Shown here piece by piece: positions 61,243 through 64,000 of a stretch of DNA of 64,000 bases (its first letter is position 1; the number at the start of each line of letters is the position of its first letter). The translations under genes were made by a program, and so were the position numbers. Source of the DNA: Fimicolochytrium jonesii. Lineage: Eukaryota. The stretch is taken from NCBI RefSeq assembly GCF_025526975.1, contig NW_026515686.1, positions 496,001 through 560,000 of the forward strand, read 5' to 3'. The notes beneath the pieces were generated by a model. It was not told the origin of the DNA and ran no database searches. It saw nothing but the letters and a program-made list of their open reading frames with translations.

Positions 61243-61391
61243 CTTTCCACACCGTCAACTGGGAACAAAATGCCAATTCCCAGAAGTCCTTGGGAACGCG
61301 AGGAGCAAAATCGGGAATCGCTCCTGGGCAGGCTTGAGCTCCATGCGTGAGGCAGGAAACTGAGCGTATGGAAAACACCGCACTTCAATCA

Positions 61392-61477
61392 GCTTTCGTG
61401 GCGCAATTGGTTAGCGCGTTCGACTGTTACACATGTTAGCAATCGAGAGGTTGGCAGTTCAAGCCTGCCCGAGAGCG
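61392..61477 (+). tRNA. tRNA-Asn (anticodon GTT) with a 12-nt intron (61430-61441)
   Basis: GCTTTCG/CGAGAGC acceptor stem, TGGCGCAATTGG A box, TTCGA-CTGTTA anticodon arm, GTTCAAGCC T arm, downstream T-run terminator. Confidence 0.95.
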
Positions 61478-63187
61478 TTGATTTTTTGTTTTTCTCGGAT
61501 ATCTCGGGTCAACACCCTTGCCGGTTGTTTTCTTTTTGAGTAAATTCACCCAACTCTCGCGACGTCGACCCCCACAATCAACGCCACAGCAAAGTCTCCG
61601 TGAGCCCTACGTTCATCGGGGATGCGATGTGACATCTAACATCCCCAATGCCTTCTTCCTTCTTCGAAGCAGAAGCAGAACGGAAGACAGTGTGGCATCT
61701 CCGGTCATGTCGTTCGTACACGCTCATGCGCCCTCGGAGATCCTCTTGTTTGCGCGACCAAGTTCTCTTTGGAGCTTCTCACGATCGGTGCGGAGGAGAA
61801 GGAGAAAGAGGATCGCATATGATGAAGTTGCGAAGGCGCCGAGATATCTGACTCGCATGTCCGTTGTTTCGTTGAATATGTCAACAAGACTCGGCATGTC
61901 TTCATGCTCTAGGTTCTGCAGCAACCTTGTGAAAAATCATCAGATTTGCTAGTCACCGTGTACATCGTCAATGGCTTGCTCCGGAGAGCTAACAAGCTAA
62001 AATTTGCGCCTTGTTTACAATAGTTGCTCAACCAGGTTCTTGCTGATCCCCGGGCAAGCATCAGCACGACTTCCGCACTATGAGCAACTGGATGATGACA
62101 CGTCGGGTTGGAAGGAGGATGTTTGTTCCGATCGTATGACATCCTCGGTGGTGTGCGAGTACCGTTTATTGATTAAGGTTGTCAGGTTGTCTGATCCAGG
62201 TCGGTCAAGGTGCACCTGTTCTTTGCCAGTGCGAACCCAAGGTTGACAATTGAGAAACGCCGAGTGGAAAAGAAATGACCGGCGAAAAAAATGACAGCAT
62301 GCCGTCAAACATTGGGACGGCCCTATTTGCCCAATTTGTGCGCTGGGACTTCTCTCCATAAGTTTCTGGACTCCCATCAGAAACCGATTCTGGCCCAAGT
62401 TCATACTTGAAAGCTGTCTTCTCAGAAACCTCGCATTGTGGTCAGCAAGATCTGCGGGTCAGCACCTAGTGCTGTCATGAGAAATGGCGGAGGAGCACAA
62501 GCGAGCAACGAAACTGCATTTCGAGTCCTACACGTACAGCGCCGGCGAACAACTCACGTCCTTCAAACAAGAGAAAGTCTGGTGTCCAACGAAGCGCTAC
62601 AGCCTCTGAAGGTATGCTGCAGTCATCACCGGGGCATTGCTAGCGTATTGAGGACGGCGCAAGCAGGATGCAATGGATATCAAGCGGCTCAAAAAGATGC
62701 ACGGACAGCAGCTCACACGGCTACCGCTCCAATACCGTGCAACCTCTGGAGCTCCTACCCGAAGACGTGAGTCGGGCCAATCACCCAACCGAAGAAGAGG
62801 TTCATCCTCTCGATCTCCCGGTCACGTTAGCGCTCATTCATCCCCTAGTGCTCATTCATCGCCTACCGCTCACCATGCTTTGAAAACTCTATAAAACTCA
62901 CCCGCCCGTTCAAACGTCCCCAGAAATCTCAATATCAAAAGAAATCTCAGCACAACTCGGGCGCCTTCACGGAGACTGTGATGTTTACTACTCGGCGTGG
63001 TGACCTGGTGGGTCCACGTTTGAAAGATCTCCCTGCGGCCGCCCCTCCATGGACCCTTGGGGCGAGGGCACTCACACGGTGATGATCCGAAACGCCACAT
63101 TCTAGGTCCGGTGGTCAGAAGAGCAACGATGAGGCCACACCCCTCCCCACTACGCCCATATGCGCTGCTTCGTTATCGAGTACGACG

Positions 63188-63240
63188 AAGCTTACGCGTC
63201 GTTCACCGGCAAGACAAAGCTTACGCGTCGTTCACCGGCA
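63188..63240. repeat. 24-bp direct repeat aagcttacgcgtcgttcaccggca, 2 copies
   Basis: Copies at 63188 and 63217. Confidence 0.85.
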
Positions 63241-63699
63241 TTCCGATCGCGGGTTTTCTCATCGCATCTCCCAAAATGTCTTAGCCGATGCGGGAGCCCC
63301 ATCCCGCACGATTTGGCGGGGTGTTGTTGGGTGAACTTCGAAGAGGGAAGAACGGAGGAGAGCGCGTTATTGACAGCATGGTGCACAAACACATCCGTCT
63401 GCTCTCCAAAAGCTCCTGATCAATGCCACATGCCCGACCGACTTCTCTGATGGTGTGGTCGTGCATACAGCTCGTCAGTATTTGAGCTACGCATTATGTC
63501 GCAAGGGAAGAGTACGATTATATTAATGTAAACCATGGAAGCGGATATACTTCTGGAGCTTCCATGTAGTTCATCTATCACTGAAGCGAGAAATCTAGAT
63601 ACAAAGATAAAAGAGGAGAGTGCACGCAAGGCGGTAACAGAAACAAGTCTTCGCCGGGGGTCTAGCTAGCCTGCGATGGATAAATTCACAATCTAAACT

Positions 63700-64000
63700 T
63701 CAAAGGCGAGAAGCATAGCAGCTCACAGCTCTAGGCACCGCTCTCCCCTTCACCGACAACGCGTTCACCAAGGGCTTCAACCCGACACACTTGATCGCCT
63801 TCACAACCGCTTCAGCATGTAAAACGGCCCCCACCTCCCCCATATGCGTCGAATCTAGCGGATACAGCGCCGCTGCTTTTGCTTCGCCCATCCGATCAAG
63901 CGCATCCGCCGCAATCTGCCTTGGGTCGAGGTATGCCGTGTTTTGTTTTTTGGCAACGGTCGAAGCCCAACTGCTCCAGTTATCCCCACGCAAGATCTTG
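63700..64000 (-). CDS. Rhamnogalacturonan acetylesterase-like SGNH hydrolase (CE12), 3' part only; runs off the window
   Basis: AYLDP...ALDRMG...LYPLDSTH...GA...AEAVVKAIKC matches the RGAE C-terminal YFPxDHTH...GA..VAxAFxKA..C block with catalytic DxxH. Confidence 0.8.
   Translation of the reverse strand, partial: KILRGDNWSSWASTVAKKQNTAYLDPRQIAADALDRMGEAKAAALYPLDSTHMGEVGAVLHAEAVVKAIKCVGLKPLVNALSVKGRAVPRAVSCYASRL

Noticed and set aside
62438..62894. LTR-retrotransposon integrase C-terminal remnant (DIKRLKK)
   Set aside because: The match is too short; no RT, RNase H, integrase core or LTR pair visible.

Overview
Eukaryotic, intron-containing fungal DNA, probably from a zoosporic (chytrid-like) fungus; the lineage is inferred from gene content, not proven. 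The window has two compartments. (1) Bases ~1-41,000 contain no recognisable intact conserved gene. They hold frameshifted or stop-interrupted ORFs, orphan paralog families of short basic or low-complexity proteins, tandem arrays, a TA-flanked Tc1/mariner-type MITE, a RanGAP-like LRR pseudogene apparently spliced to a membrane anchor, and an intronless, frameshifted remnant of a phage/virus-type fibre protein. (2) Bases ~41,200-64,000 are compact and gene-dense: a GPI-type Cys-rich secreted protein, tRNA-Glu(CTC), a short MUS81, mitoribosomal mL54, ICln/Lot5, CDC50/LEM3, eEF2, an NDUFC2-like complex I subunit, a SMARCAL1-like helicase with an N-terminal GRF zinc finger, an intron-containing tRNA-Asn(GTT) and the 3' end of a CE12 rhamnogalacturonan acetylesterase. 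The most intriguing signals are a ~100-nt structured element shared in the same orientation by long introns of two unrelated genes (eEF2 and CDC50) and the viral fibre fossil. All family assignments come from motif recognition by eye; no searches were run.
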